From an uncultured cyanobacterium (GTDB lineage Bacteria; Cyanobacteriota; Cyanobacteriia; Cyanobacteriales; Cyanobacteriaceae), in NCBI GenBank assembly GCA_963710605.1, contig CAVQBA010000004.1, positions 224,001 to 288,000 on the forward strand: a stretch of DNA of 64,000 nucleotides, in the 5' to 3' direction. The position numbers and the translations under genes are program-made. Shown here one piece after another: positions 1 to 9,359 of this stretch. The notes below the pieces were generated by a model. The model did not search any database. It saw nothing but the letters and a program-made list of their open reading frames with translations, and was not told where the DNA came from. The first letter of the stretch is position 1; every line of letters starts with the position of its first letter.

Positions 1-1
1 T

Positions 2-1657
2 AAATATGATTGGGAAGGAGACGATTATCCTCGTATTCGTTTAGCTTCTACCATTATTTACGAAATGCACGTCGGTGGTTTTACTCGTCGAGAAAATTCA
101 GGTGTTGCACCAGAAAAACGAGGTACTTATGCCGGATTAATCGAAAAAATACCTTACCTACAAAAATTGGGTATTACTGCCGTAGAATTATTACCTATTC
201 ATCAATTTGATGAAAAAGATGTCATTCGTAAAGATTTAGAAAATTATTGGGGTTACGACGGTGTCAGCTTCTTTGCACCTCATCGCAGTTATAGTAGCGA
301 TCGTAGTTCAACAGGTCCTGTGGACGAATTTAGAGACTTAGTTAAGGCATTACACAAAGCAGGTATAGAAGTCATTTTAGATGTCGTATTTAACCACACC
401 GCAGAAGGAAACGAAATTGGGACTACTCTTTCATTCAAAGGAATCGACAACCCGACTTATTACTTATTAGAAGACGATTTTGTTCACTATAAAAACTATA
501 GTGGCTGTGGTAATACCTTCAAAGCTAATCACCCTGTTTGTAATAATCTAATTATTGATTCTCTGCGTTATTGGGTATCAGAAATGCACGTTGATGGTTT
601 TCGCTTCGATTTAGCTTCTATTTTAGGTAGAGACATTAAAGGTGAGCCTGAAATGATTTCTTCAGTTTTAGATCATATCGAAAATGATCCCGTTTTAGCT
701 GGTACAAAACTCATTGCCGAAGCATGGGATGCGGCAGGATTATATCAAGTTGGTGACTTTATCAATTTTGGTGATTGGTTTGGTGAGTGGAATGGCCCAT
801 TTAGAGATGATGTGCGTCGTTTTGTCAAGGGCGACGAGAATACAATTAAACATTTAGCGGCACGTTTTTTAAGTAGCTCAGATATTTATACTAAAACAAA
901 TCGTGAACCAAACCATAGTATTCATTTTGTTACTTGTCATGATGGATTTACTCTTTTTGATTTAGTTTCTTATAACGATAAACATAATGAAGCTAATGGC
1001 GAAAATAATCGTGATGGTAGCAATTATAATCATAGTTATAATCACGGTGTAGAAGGTCATACAGATGATCTTGAGATTAAAAATCTGCGTCAACGACAAA
1101 TGAAAAATTTTTGGTCTATATTATTACTTGCCCAAGGTACACCGATGTTATTGATGGGTGATGAAGTTGGTCGTACCCAATATGGTAATAACAATGCTTA
1201 TTGTCAGAATAACGAACTAAGTTGGTTTAATTGGGATGATCTCGATCGTAATGATAGTTTACTACGTTTTGTGACCAAAACAGTTAGTTTGATTAAGTCT
1301 TTAGAAGTATTTCAACAAGAGCAAATTCTTAAAACTTACGAAAACGATCGAGAGCCTTATCTTATTTGGCATGGTTCTCAATTATACCAACCAGATTTAG
1401 ACAATGATTCTCGTAGTATTGCTTTCACATTACATCATCCGAAAAAACAAGAATATCTTTATGGTATTTTTAATGCTTATTGGGAAGCAACGGAATTTGA
1501 GTTACCTTTATTACCTGATGGACAAAATTTTTATCGTATTATCGATACATACAATGATAGTCCTAATGATTTTGACAATCTAGAAGATGCGACTATGATA
1601 GACGGAGATGTTTATTGGGCTCGTCCTCGTAGTTGTGTACTTTTGATGGCAAAGTAA
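2..1657 (+). CDS. glgX: Glycogen debranching enzyme/isoamylase (GH13), 5' end outside the window
   Basis: The frame is open from position 2 (KYDWEGDDYPR...IIYEMHVGGFT). Motifs NYWGY, DVVFNH, GFRFDLA, IAEAWD and TCHDGFT are present. Confidence 0.95.
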   Translation, partial: KYDWEGDDYPRIRLASTIIYEMHVGGFTRRENSGVAPEKRGTYAGLIEKIPYLQKLGITAVELLPIHQFDEKDVIRKDLENYWGYDGVSFFAPHRSYSSDRSSTGPVDEFRDLVKALHKAGIEVILDVVFNHTAEGNEIGTTLSFKGIDNPTYYLLEDDFVHYKNYSGCGNTFKANHPVCNNLIIDSLRYWVSEMHVDGFRFDLASILGRDIKGEPEMISSVLDHIENDPVLAGTKLIAEAWDAAGLYQVGDFINFGDWFGEWNGPFRDDVRRFVKGDENTIKHLAARFLSSSDIYTKTNREPNHSIHFVTCHDGFTLFDLVSYNDKHNEANGENNRDGSNYNHSYNHGVEGHTDDLEIKNLRQRQMKNFWSILLLAQGTPMLLMGDEVGRTQYGNNNAYCQNNELSWFNWDDLDRNDSLLRFVTKTVSLIKSLEVFQQEQILKTYENDREPYLIWHGSQLYQPDLDNDSRSIAFTLHHPKKQEYLYGIFNAYWEATEFELPLLPDGQNFYRIIDTYNDSPNDFDNLEDATMIDGDVYWARPRSCVLLMAK

Positions 1658-1669
1658 ATAATTTCCTTC

Positions 1670-1704
1670 AACCTCTCTAAATCTCTCCTTCAAAGGAGAG
1701 ACTT
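1670..1704. repeat. Small dispersed palindromic repeat (CCCCT..CCCCT-N-AGGGG family), possible glgX terminator
   Basis: Hairpin tctctcctt-ca-aaggagaga directly after the glgX stop. Same layout as the copies at 2913, 2995, 33289 and 61150. Confidence 0.65.
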
Positions 1705-1845
1705 GGAAATTTGCTCAAAAAAACTATAGCTAAGAGCTTAAAGCTGTATATTATTAATAATTAATTCTCGATCGTTAATAGTTAACTGTCCGTTGGTATA
1801 ATTTCTAAGTGCAAAAAATTATTGAAGATAAAAGGGGAAGAATTG

Positions 1846-2904
1846 GTGGTCAACACAATTAATCAATCAGCAGAAACCCAAGACAACACATTAACATCGT
1901 GGTTAGAACAATTAAGTCGTAAAATTATTAATGGCGATCGTATCACTAAATCAGAAGCTCTACAACTAGCAACTATCGAAGGAGAAGAAAATATCCTTTT
2001 GTTATGTGAAAATGCCGATCGTATTCGTCAAGAATGTTGTGGTAATATCGTCGATTTGTGTAGCATCGTTAATATCAAATCGGGTAACTGCTCCGAAAAT
2101 TGTAGTTTTTGTTCTCAATCTGTTCATCATCCCGGCGAAAAATCCCCTGTTTATAATCTAAAATCAAAAGAAGAAATCCTTACCCACGCTAAAGCCGCCG
2201 AAAGTGCTGGAGCAAAAAGATTTTGTTTGGTTTCCCAAGGAAGAGGAATTAAATACAATAGTCCTCAAAGTCAAGAATTTGAAGATATTTTAGATACAGT
2301 CAAAGAAATCATTGAGCAAACTAGTATAAAACCCTGTTGTGCTTTAGGAGAAGTAACCTTAGAACAAGCTCAAGCCCTAAAAGAAGCAGGTGTAACTCGT
2401 TATAATCATAATTTGGAAGCCTCTGCTAGTTTTTATGAAAAAATCGTTACCACTCATACATGGCAAGATCGAGTAGATACCGTTAAAAACCTCAAATCGG
2501 TAGGAATCGAAGCCTGTACGGGTGGCATCATGGGTATGGGTGAAACATGGTCAGATAGAATCGATTTAGCCTTTTCTTTAGCTGAATTAGAAGTAGAATC
2601 TGTACCGATCAATCTTTTAAATCCTCGTGAAGGTACTCCTTTAGGTGATCAACAAAAACTAACTCCTTTAGAAGCAGTTAAAGCGATCGCTATTTTCCGT
2701 TTTATATTACCCACCCAAATTCTTCGTTATGCAGGTGGTAGAGAAGCTGTGATGGGGCAATGGCAACGTCAAGGTTTAAAGTCGGGTATCAATGCTATGT
2801 TAATTGGTAATTATCTGACGACTTTAGGTCAATCTCCTGAAGACGATCGAGCTATGCTTGAAGAATTAGGTTTAGAAGGCGGAGAAGTCGTAGTTAAAAA
2901 CTAA
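1846..2904 (+). CDS. bioB: Biotin synthase (radical SAM)
   Basis: CSENCSFC radical-SAM motif, YNHNLE, ESVPIN and AGGRE. GTG at 1846 is preferred over TTG at 1822 because it follows a GGGGAAG RBS-like sequence. Confidence 0.95.
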   Translation: MVNTINQSAETQDNTLTSWLEQLSRKIINGDRITKSEALQLATIEGEENILLLCENADRIRQECCGNIVDLCSIVNIKSGNCSENCSFCSQSVHHPGEKSPVYNLKSKEEILTHAKAAESAGAKRFCLVSQGRGIKYNSPQSQEFEDILDTVKEIIEQTSIKPCCALGEVTLEQAQALKEAGVTRYNHNLEASASFYEKIVTTHTWQDRVDTVKNLKSVGIEACTGGIMGMGETWSDRIDLAFSLAELEVESVPINLLNPREGTPLGDQQKLTPLEAVKAIAIFRFILPTQILRYAGGREAVMGQWQRQGLKSGINAMLIGNYLTTLGQSPEDDRAMLEELGLEGGEVVVKN

Positions 2905-2912
2905 CCTCAAAT

Positions 2913-3030
2913 AACCACCCCTAACCCCTCCTTTAAAAGGAGGGGAACTTGATAAACACATTTGTAAGTCAAATAAATAAATTTGTAATGAGTTAAAGTC
3001 TCCCCTTTCAAGGGGAGATATAGAGGGGTT
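2913..3030. repeat. Two oppositely oriented small dispersed palindromic repeats between convergent bioB and chlG
   Basis: aaccacccctaacccctcctttaaaaggaggggaactt (2913-2950) and aaagtctcccctttcaaggggagatatagaggggtt (2995-3030), each with a GC hairpin. Confidence 0.75.
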
Positions 3031-3035
3031 GATTA

Positions 3036-4034
3036 TTAATAAACAGAATGCCCTAAAGCCAAACCCATCACCAACATACCTAAAACTAAAAATGGTTGAG
3101 CGCTAGCTTGATATTTGACATCATTTTTGAGAGGATCTCTTAAGAAGTACATATCTTGGAAAGTTATCTGCGGAATTACTAGCAACAATAAAATTGTGGC
3201 GTAAAGATTTTGATGTAAGTAAATCAAATATCCTCCCATGGCAATTTGAAAAGTATCAATCATAATTACACATATCCAAGCGGCAGTATTAACACCAAAC
3301 ATCACGGGTAGAGATTTCAAACCTAATTCTTCATCACCTTCAACACTTTTAAAGTCGTTAACCACAGCAATACCCAAACCTGCCATACTATAAATCAAAG
3401 TGAGGATTACTACAGTCCAATTTAACTCACCAAATAAAGCATGACCAGCCCACCAAGGTAAAGCAATATAACTAGAGCCTAAAGCATAATTACCTAACCA
3501 ACCATTTTTTTTCAATTTTAATGGTGGTGCAGAGTAAATATAAGCAATAAAAGAGCCACCTAAAGCCAAACAAGTTAAAACAGGAAAATCATGACCAGCC
3601 CAAACATCCAAACCATAAGAGACTGCAATACCTGCAAACAATAAAACTAAAATTTGGGTTACAACTTGTGGTACAGAAATAGCACCTGAAGGGATAGGGC
3701 GATAGGGTTCGTTAATCGCATCAATATCTCGATCGTAAAAGTCGTTAATAGTTTGAGTATAACCAGCTAATAATGGCCCTGACATCAACATACAAGTTAA
3801 AGCCATCAAAAAATCTTCAACTCGCCAAACATAGTTACCAGAAGATGCCGCACCACAGACTACACCCCAAATTAAGGGAATCCAAGTAATCGGTTTCATT
3901 AATTGCAATCTAATCTGCCAGATATTTTTTGATTGCGATGCACCCTTCATTCCCAACAGTTGTCGGGCTTTAGAGCCTTTATCTTCTCGATCGAGTTCTA
4001 CTTTACTATAATCTTTTCCTTGAGTATCAGTCAT
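3036..4034 (-). CDS. chlG: Chlorophyll synthase (UbiA family)
   Basis: RLQLMKPITWIPLIWG, NDFYDRDIDAINEPYRPIPSG, NDFKSVEGD and NDVKYQASAQPF. Confidence 0.97.
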   Translation of the reverse strand: MTDTQGKDYSKVELDREDKGSKARQLLGMKGASQSKNIWQIRLQLMKPITWIPLIWGVVCGAASSGNYVWRVEDFLMALTCMLMSGPLLAGYTQTINDFYDRDIDAINEPYRPIPSGAISVPQVVTQILVLLFAGIAVSYGLDVWAGHDFPVLTCLALGGSFIAYIYSAPPLKLKKNGWLGNYALGSSYIALPWWAGHALFGELNWTVVILTLIYSMAGLGIAVVNDFKSVEGDEELGLKSLPVMFGVNTAAWICVIMIDTFQIAMGGYLIYLHQNLYATILLLLVIPQITFQDMYFLRDPLKNDVKYQASAQPFLVLGMLVMGLALGHSVY

Positions 4035-4212
4035 TGATATATTTACTATGTGGTTTATTGTATTAAAAACTTATTTTAACTAAGTTTAAACTAAAGATTG
4101 TATGAGTATGAGCCAGGTTATATTAATAATCGAATAATTATTAAAATCAAATTCAGGGAATTTAAGCTGGTTTGATAAAATAGGCTAAAGTTTAGATACC
4201 TTAATAGTCTTA

Positions 4213-5061
4213 ATGTCTCAATTTCCTCACGACGAATTTGTTAAAGAATACTTACCCCAACTGTATAAAAATTATGGTGTTATCACTCCTTCGGCAGATG
4301 TAATGAGTGAAAAAAGAGAAGTTGATGTCTTATTTAGTCCTACCAAACCCGTACCTACAAGCCCAGAAACATTAGGATTACTAGGTAAACTAGCTCAAAC
4401 TACTTGCTTACTTGAAGTTTATCGTAATGCGGTTAATAGTGATCAAATCAGAGACTGTATCAGTAAGCTAATTACAGTACAACAAAATTTGATTAAATCA
4501 GCCAAAAAAGAAGGGACAAACCTATCGCAACCAGCTTTTTTATGGATTATTACTCCGACTATCTCCGATAAAATAAGAAATGAATTTGATGCTATTGCTA
4601 GAGAAAACTGGGAAAGAGGAATCTACTTTTTACCTCAAGGGCTATATACAGGAATCGTTGCAGTTCATCAGTTACCAAAAAACAGAAATACTTTGTGGCT
4701 AAGAATATTGGGTAAAGGTAAAACTCAAGTAAAAGCTATTGAGGAATTAAAGGCACTACCAGTAAATAACTCTTATCGAGAGACTATATTGGAATTAGTG
4801 TATGGATTGTTAGATAAACTAGAAACAAAACAGAGAAATAAACAAGGATTAATTAAGGAGGATGAAACATTAATCATGAGCTTAAGACAAATATACCTTG
4901 ATAAAATGGCAGAAATTGAAAAACAAGGAAAATTAGAAGGAGAAAAACAGGGAAAATTAAAAACTGTTCCTCTTTTAAGACAATTGGGTATGAGTGTGGA
5001 GGATATTGCTACCCGTCTAGAATTACCCCTAGATGATGTCATCAAAGTCTCTGATACTTAA
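4213..5061 (+). CDS. Cyanobacterial Rpn-like/PD-(D/E)XK-type hypothetical protein
   Basis: HDEFVKEYL start, EVDVLF...LLEVYRN and C-terminal EKQGKLEG repeats plus LGMSVEDIATRL are typical of this paralogous family. Confidence 0.6.
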   Translation: MSQFPHDEFVKEYLPQLYKNYGVITPSADVMSEKREVDVLFSPTKPVPTSPETLGLLGKLAQTTCLLEVYRNAVNSDQIRDCISKLITVQQNLIKSAKKEGTNLSQPAFLWIITPTISDKIRNEFDAIARENWERGIYFLPQGLYTGIVAVHQLPKNRNTLWLRILGKGKTQVKAIEELKALPVNNSYRETILELVYGLLDKLETKQRNKQGLIKEDETLIMSLRQIYLDKMAEIEKQGKLEGEKQGKLKTVPLLRQLGMSVEDIATRLELPLDDVIKVSDT

Positions 5062-5293
5062 TTACAAAGATAATTAATAATTGACAATACTCATTATTAA
5101 TGCGATCGTAATCACCATTTTTGCTAACATAGTTTTGAAGAATTTTTGTTTGTGTTTGATTATTTAACTTTTGTTAATAATATTTTTCTTTAGGCAATAT
5201 ATATCGATCGCTTACTCAAAATTAAAATAAATTAGGCTAAAATTTGAGAAAATAGTTTGTAACGATATTCAAACTTGGAGGAAAGACAAATCT

Positions 5294-5497
5294 ATGGCGA
5301 TGGAGACATTAGAATTTATTATCTATCCCGATGGTAGAGTAAAAGAAAAAGTTACAGGAATCGTTGGTAAATCTTGCCAAGAAGTAACTGCGGCGATCGA
5401 AGCTCAATTAGGAAGAGTTGTCTCACAACAACATACAGGAGAGTATTTTGAGCAAAAAGTAGAAACTGAGCATCAAATTCATAATCAAACTTGGTAA
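5294..5497 (+). CDS. DUF2997 family small protein
   Basis: EFIIYPDGRVKEKVTGIVGKSC...IEAQLG; first gene of the conserved DUF2997-ycf35-ferredoxin triad. Confidence 0.85.
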   Translation: MAMETLEFIIYPDGRVKEKVTGIVGKSCQEVTAAIEAQLGRVVSQQHTGEYFEQKVETEHQIHNQTW

Positions 5498-5558
5498 ACT
5501 TTTAAATATAATTCTCTTTTTTTCTCAGATTTAATTAACTTTAGTAACACTTAATCTT

Positions 5559-5942
5559 ATGTCACATTTTAGTAGTATAAAAACACAAATTCGTAATCTA
5601 AAATCTTTAACAGCATCTTTAGACAAACTAGGTGTTGATTGGAAAAAAGGCTCATTCGCTGTCAGAGGGTATCAAGGAAACACTACTCAAGCCCAATTAG
5701 TTATTGAGCAAGACAATAACTATGATATCGGGTTTAGCTGGAATGGAACAGAATATGAGCTAGTAGCTGATATGCAATACTGGCAACAACCTTGGACTGT
5801 GGATGGGTTTTTACAACGTGTGACTCAAGGTTATGCTTTAGACACCGTTTTAAATGAATCTTTATCTCAAGGTTTTGCGGTAACCGAACAACAAAATAAC
5901 GAAGATGGTTCAATTCGTTTGGTTGTTCAACGTTGGAGTTAA
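5559..5942 (+). CDS. ycf35: DUF1257 / Ycf35 family protein
   Basis: MSHFSSIKTQI start, DIGFSWNGTEYELVAD and DGSIRLVVQRW. Confidence 0.85.
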   Translation: MSHFSSIKTQIRNLKSLTASLDKLGVDWKKGSFAVRGYQGNTTQAQLVIEQDNNYDIGFSWNGTEYELVADMQYWQQPWTVDGFLQRVTQGYALDTVLNESLSQGFAVTEQQNNEDGSIRLVVQRWS

Positions 5943-6159
5943 TAACTCGATCGATTTATAGAATATCATGTTAAAACATGATTGATTAATAATCATCAAA
6001 TACAGTAATCCTTAATAATTCGCAAGTCACTGAAGTAAAAAAAATAATTCTGATTAAACTTAGTTGTTAAATCTTAATTTCCCTATTTCTAATCTAGCTA
6101 TATAATTTTGGACTACTGTATTTTATTATCAATTATTAAAATTATCAATTATTAAAATT

Positions 6160-6585
6160 ATGTTTAATCCCGAACAACAATCATCAAACGGTTTAGAGCC
6201 AGAGTTAGGTGGTATTTTCCGAGATAATCCTCAACGCAGTGGATTAGAGCCAGAGTTAGGTGGTCAAATCAGACAAAAAGGTGTTTATGTTGACGAGGTG
6301 ACTTGTATTGGTTGTAGGAATTGTGCTCATGTGGCTTCTAATACTTTTTACGTAGAAGCTAATTATGGTAGAGCGAGAGTTTTTAATCAAAATGGGGATA
6401 ATGAAGAATTAGTCCAAGAAGCGATCGATACTTGCCCTGTTAATTGTATTGATTGGTTAGATTATAGTGAATTAAAGGAAAAAGAAGCCGATCGTAAACA
6501 TCAAAAAATTCGTTCATTAGGTTATCCTCAATCTAATAAATACTCTAAAGCTCAACTAAGAAGAATGAATCGTGAAAGTGAATAA
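6160..6585 (+). CDS. Bacterial-type ferredoxin (Fed7-like)
   Basis: VYVDEVTCIGCRNC...AIDTCPVNCI and a duplicated GLEPELGG N-terminal motif. Confidence 0.88.
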   Translation: MFNPEQQSSNGLEPELGGIFRDNPQRSGLEPELGGQIRQKGVYVDEVTCIGCRNCAHVASNTFYVEANYGRARVFNQNGDNEELVQEAIDTCPVNCIDWLDYSELKEKEADRKHQKIRSLGYPQSNKYSKAQLRRMNRESE

Positions 6586-6630
6586 TCGACAATTGACAGT
6601 TAGTATTAGCGTTTAACTTCCAATCTTCAA

Positions 6631-7503
6631 CTAATTATCTGACTGACGACGAATCTCATAAAGACAAATAGCAGTAGCAACTGAAGCATTAAGACTAGGT
6701 GTTTTTCCTTTCATCGGAATAGAAACTAAAAAGTCACAACTTTTGGTGATTGATTGACTTAATCCTTTCCCTTCTGAGCCTATCACTAAACCGATCGCTC
6801 CTGTGAGTTTTGTTTTTGAGATAGCTTCGCCATCCATCGTTGTGCCATAAATCCAAAACCCCGCTTCTTTTAGCTGTTTGATTGCTGTATTAAGATTAAC
6901 CACCCTAGCGACAGGAAAATACTCTAATGCACCCACAGCGACCTTCATTACGGTAGAATTGACGCTGACAGAACGTCTTTGGGGTATGATTAGCCCTTGC
7001 ATACCTAACGCTTCACCTGTACGGATAATCGCTCCTAAATTATGAGGATCACTTATACTATCAGCAATAATAATCACCGGGTTATCTGACTGCGATTTAG
7101 CAGAGGCAATCAATTGGTCAATTTCAACATAATTATAAGGTGCAACAATTACCGCTATTCCTTGGTGGTTAGCAAAATTAGTAATTTGATTGAGGCGTTT
7201 AACATCAACAATATCCAGTATCGCTCCGTTAGCTTTAGCTGAGTCTAATAAAGATTTGAAACGATCGTCATAAGCTATTTTACTAGTAGCATAAATTTTG
7301 TGTAGTTGTCGATCGCTCTCGAGAGTTGTTAAAACTGAATGAACACCATAAATTATATCTTCTTCTTGATTATTACTATTGTCCGCAAAGTTAGTTTCTG
7401 GTTGAGTACGAAAAGAACGATCGTTATTATTAGTTTCTGGTTTGATACGAGGAGAACGATCTCGATTATTGTTAAGTGATGGTTTACGCTTCGGTTTAGC
7501 CAT
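6631..7503 (-). CDS. rlmB: 23S rRNA G2251 2'-O-methyltransferase (SpoU/TrmH family)
   Basis: IYGVHSV, NHQGI, DPHNLGAIIRT, IGSEGKG and SLNASVA. Confidence 0.92.
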   Translation of the reverse strand: MAKPKRKPSLNNNRDRSPRIKPETNNNDRSFRTQPETNFADNSNNQEEDIIYGVHSVLTTLESDRQLHKIYATSKIAYDDRFKSLLDSAKANGAILDIVDVKRLNQITNFANHQGIAVIVAPYNYVEIDQLIASAKSQSDNPVIIIADSISDPHNLGAIIRTGEALGMQGLIIPQRRSVSVNSTVMKVAVGALEYFPVARVVNLNTAIKQLKEAGFWIYGTTMDGEAISKTKLTGAIGLVIGSEGKGLSQSITKSCDFLVSIPMKGKTPSLNASVATAICLYEIRRQSDN

Positions 7504-7672
7504 AAAGTTTAATAAATAAATAATGAGAATTTCATCATTTTGTTTTCAATTTCTTTTAAGTTACTTATTTTAAACTAAAATAGTTGAGCTTATCAAGAGT
7601 TAAGAGTTAACAGTTAGGAGTTAAGAGTTAAGAATTTAAAGTCTCAATTACTAATTATTATCTTGAAATTTT

Positions 7673-8371
7673 ATGAAAAAAAACCTAATTTTATTCGCTA
7701 TTATTTTAATTCTGACAATTTCTGCGATCGTTTTACTTGATGTAAAAACACTGTGGGAAATGTCTTTAACTCAAGTAGAAAAATTAGGTTACTGGGGTTA
7801 TTTGTTATTTATTTTGATTTATAATCTGAGTACTCTACTTTTAATCCCAAGTTCAATTTTAACCATCAAGGGTGGTTGTTTTTACGGTTTATATTTAGGT
7901 AGTATTCTCGTATTTATTGCGGCGATTCTTGGGGCAATATCCGCTTTTTGGTTAGGAAGATATTATTGTCAAGACTGGGTGAATAAGCAATTTAAAAAAT
8001 ATCCTCAGTTAGAAAAAATAGATCGTGCAGTAGCCTCAGAAGGCTGGAAAATTGTTTTTTTAACTCGTCTTTGCCCCTTATTTCCTTTTAATTTACTTAA
8101 CTATTTTTTCGGCATAACTCAAATAAGCTTAAAAGACTATGTAATTGGTTCGTTAGGAATTATCCCCGGTACAGTTATGTATGTTTATATAGGCTCTTTA
8201 ATTACTGATATTAGTGATTTTAATTCAGATAATTATACGGCTAATCCTGAAATACAAACTTCAATTTGGATAATGCGTTTTTTAGGATTAATCGCAACTG
8301 TAGCAATGGTTATTTATACAACTAATATTGTCCAGAAAACTTTAAAAGAAAATGTCTTAGATCAAGACTAA
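7673..8371 (+). CDS. TVP38/TMEM64 (DedA/SNARE-associated) membrane protein
   Basis: AFWLGRY, LTRLCPLFPFNLLNY and IPGTVMYVYIGS. Confidence 0.9.
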   Translation: MKKNLILFAIILILTISAIVLLDVKTLWEMSLTQVEKLGYWGYLLFILIYNLSTLLLIPSSILTIKGGCFYGLYLGSILVFIAAILGAISAFWLGRYYCQDWVNKQFKKYPQLEKIDRAVASEGWKIVFLTRLCPLFPFNLLNYFFGITQISLKDYVIGSLGIIPGTVMYVYIGSLITDISDFNSDNYTANPEIQTSIWIMRFLGLIATVAMVIYTTNIVQKTLKENVLDQD

Positions 8372-8422
8372 ACTACAAATTATTAACTATTAATAAAAAA
8401 TATTAACAATAAAATATTAATT

Positions 8423-9199
8423 ATGAAACATTTTCAACTCAAACCTTTTCAACGTCAATTAACTTTAGTCTTAGTAACTTTCGTTATCGTTTTGACAGCT
8501 CATACTAATCCTGCTTTAGCTCAAGAATCAACAGGTGGAGGTTTTAATCCTCAAGCATGGTTAATTGATGCCTTACAATGGATTACTGATTTAGGAGCAG
8601 TCGGTGCGATCGCTTTTATAGTTATTTATATCGTTGCCGCGGTTGCTTTTTTACCCGGTTCAATTTTAACATTAGGGGCAGGTGTAGTCTTTGGCATTGG
8701 TTTAGGTTCGATTTATGTCTTTATCGGTGCAACTATAGGAGCAACCTTAGCCTTTTTAGTCGGTAGATATATCGCTCGTGGTTGGGTAGCTAAGAAAATA
8801 GCAGGAAATCAAAAATTTAAAGCGATCGATGAAGCAGTAGGTAGAGAAGGTTTGAAAATTGTCTTATTAACTCGTTTATCTCCCATTTTCCCTTTCAATT
8901 TACTTAATTATGCTTATGGTGTGACAGGAGTTTCTCTTAAAGATTATGTACTTGGTTCAGTCGGCATGATTCCCGGTACGATTATGTATGTTTATATTGG
9001 TTCATTAGCAGGAAACCTCGCTACCCTTGGTGCAGGTACAGCAGAAGCAAATCCGATCGCTCAATGGGCAATTCGGATTATTGGTTTTATTGCTACTGTT
9101 GCCGTCACTGTTTATGTAACTAAAGTAGCGAAAAAAGCCCTTGATGATTCTGTTTTAGATTCGGATAATAATATATCGAATAATGCTCCTGCTGATTGA
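8423..9199 (+). CDS. TVP38/TMEM64 (DedA/SNARE-associated) membrane protein, paralog of the upstream gene
   Basis: FLPGSILTLGAG and LTRLSPIFPFNLLNYAYG; signal-peptide-like N-terminus ending ALA-Q. Confidence 0.92.
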   Translation: MKHFQLKPFQRQLTLVLVTFVIVLTAHTNPALAQESTGGGFNPQAWLIDALQWITDLGAVGAIAFIVIYIVAAVAFLPGSILTLGAGVVFGIGLGSIYVFIGATIGATLAFLVGRYIARGWVAKKIAGNQKFKAIDEAVGREGLKIVLLTRLSPIFPFNLLNYAYGVTGVSLKDYVLGSVGMIPGTIMYVYIGSLAGNLATLGAGTAEANPIAQWAIRIIGFIATVAVTVYVTKVAKKALDDSVLDSDNNISNNAPAD

Positions 9200-9233
9200 G
9201 ATTTTGATCATAGACTCCTTACCAGAATCGATC

Positions 9234-9257
9234 GGGGTGTAAGCCTTACACCCCTAC
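9234..9257 (-). repeat. GTAG-type REP-like hairpin
   Basis: The minus strand reads GTAGGGGTGTAAGGCTTACACCCC, a GTAG start overlapping a 9-bp stem. Confidence 0.55.
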
Positions 9258-9359
9258 ATTGAAAATATTTAAAAGATTTCATTTTATAATCTGGGGTGAA
9301 GATATTTCACTTAAAGATAAAATGCTTATCAACAATCAACAGATCAATTTTGCTGATAA

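Noticed and set aside
10-210. 66-aa ORF
   Set aside because: Alternate frame inside glgX.
4213-5061. Rpn-like gene as an active transposon
   Set aside because: No terminal repeats or target duplication visible.
6125-6156. 16-bp direct repeat before the ferredoxin gene as a Fur/PerR site
   Set aside because: Indistinguishable from the AT-rich tandem repeats common in this genome.
6190-6264. 24-bp direct repeat with spacer (CRISPR-like)
   Set aside because: Only two copies, in frame, encoding the GLEPELGG repeat of the ferredoxin; no cas genes.
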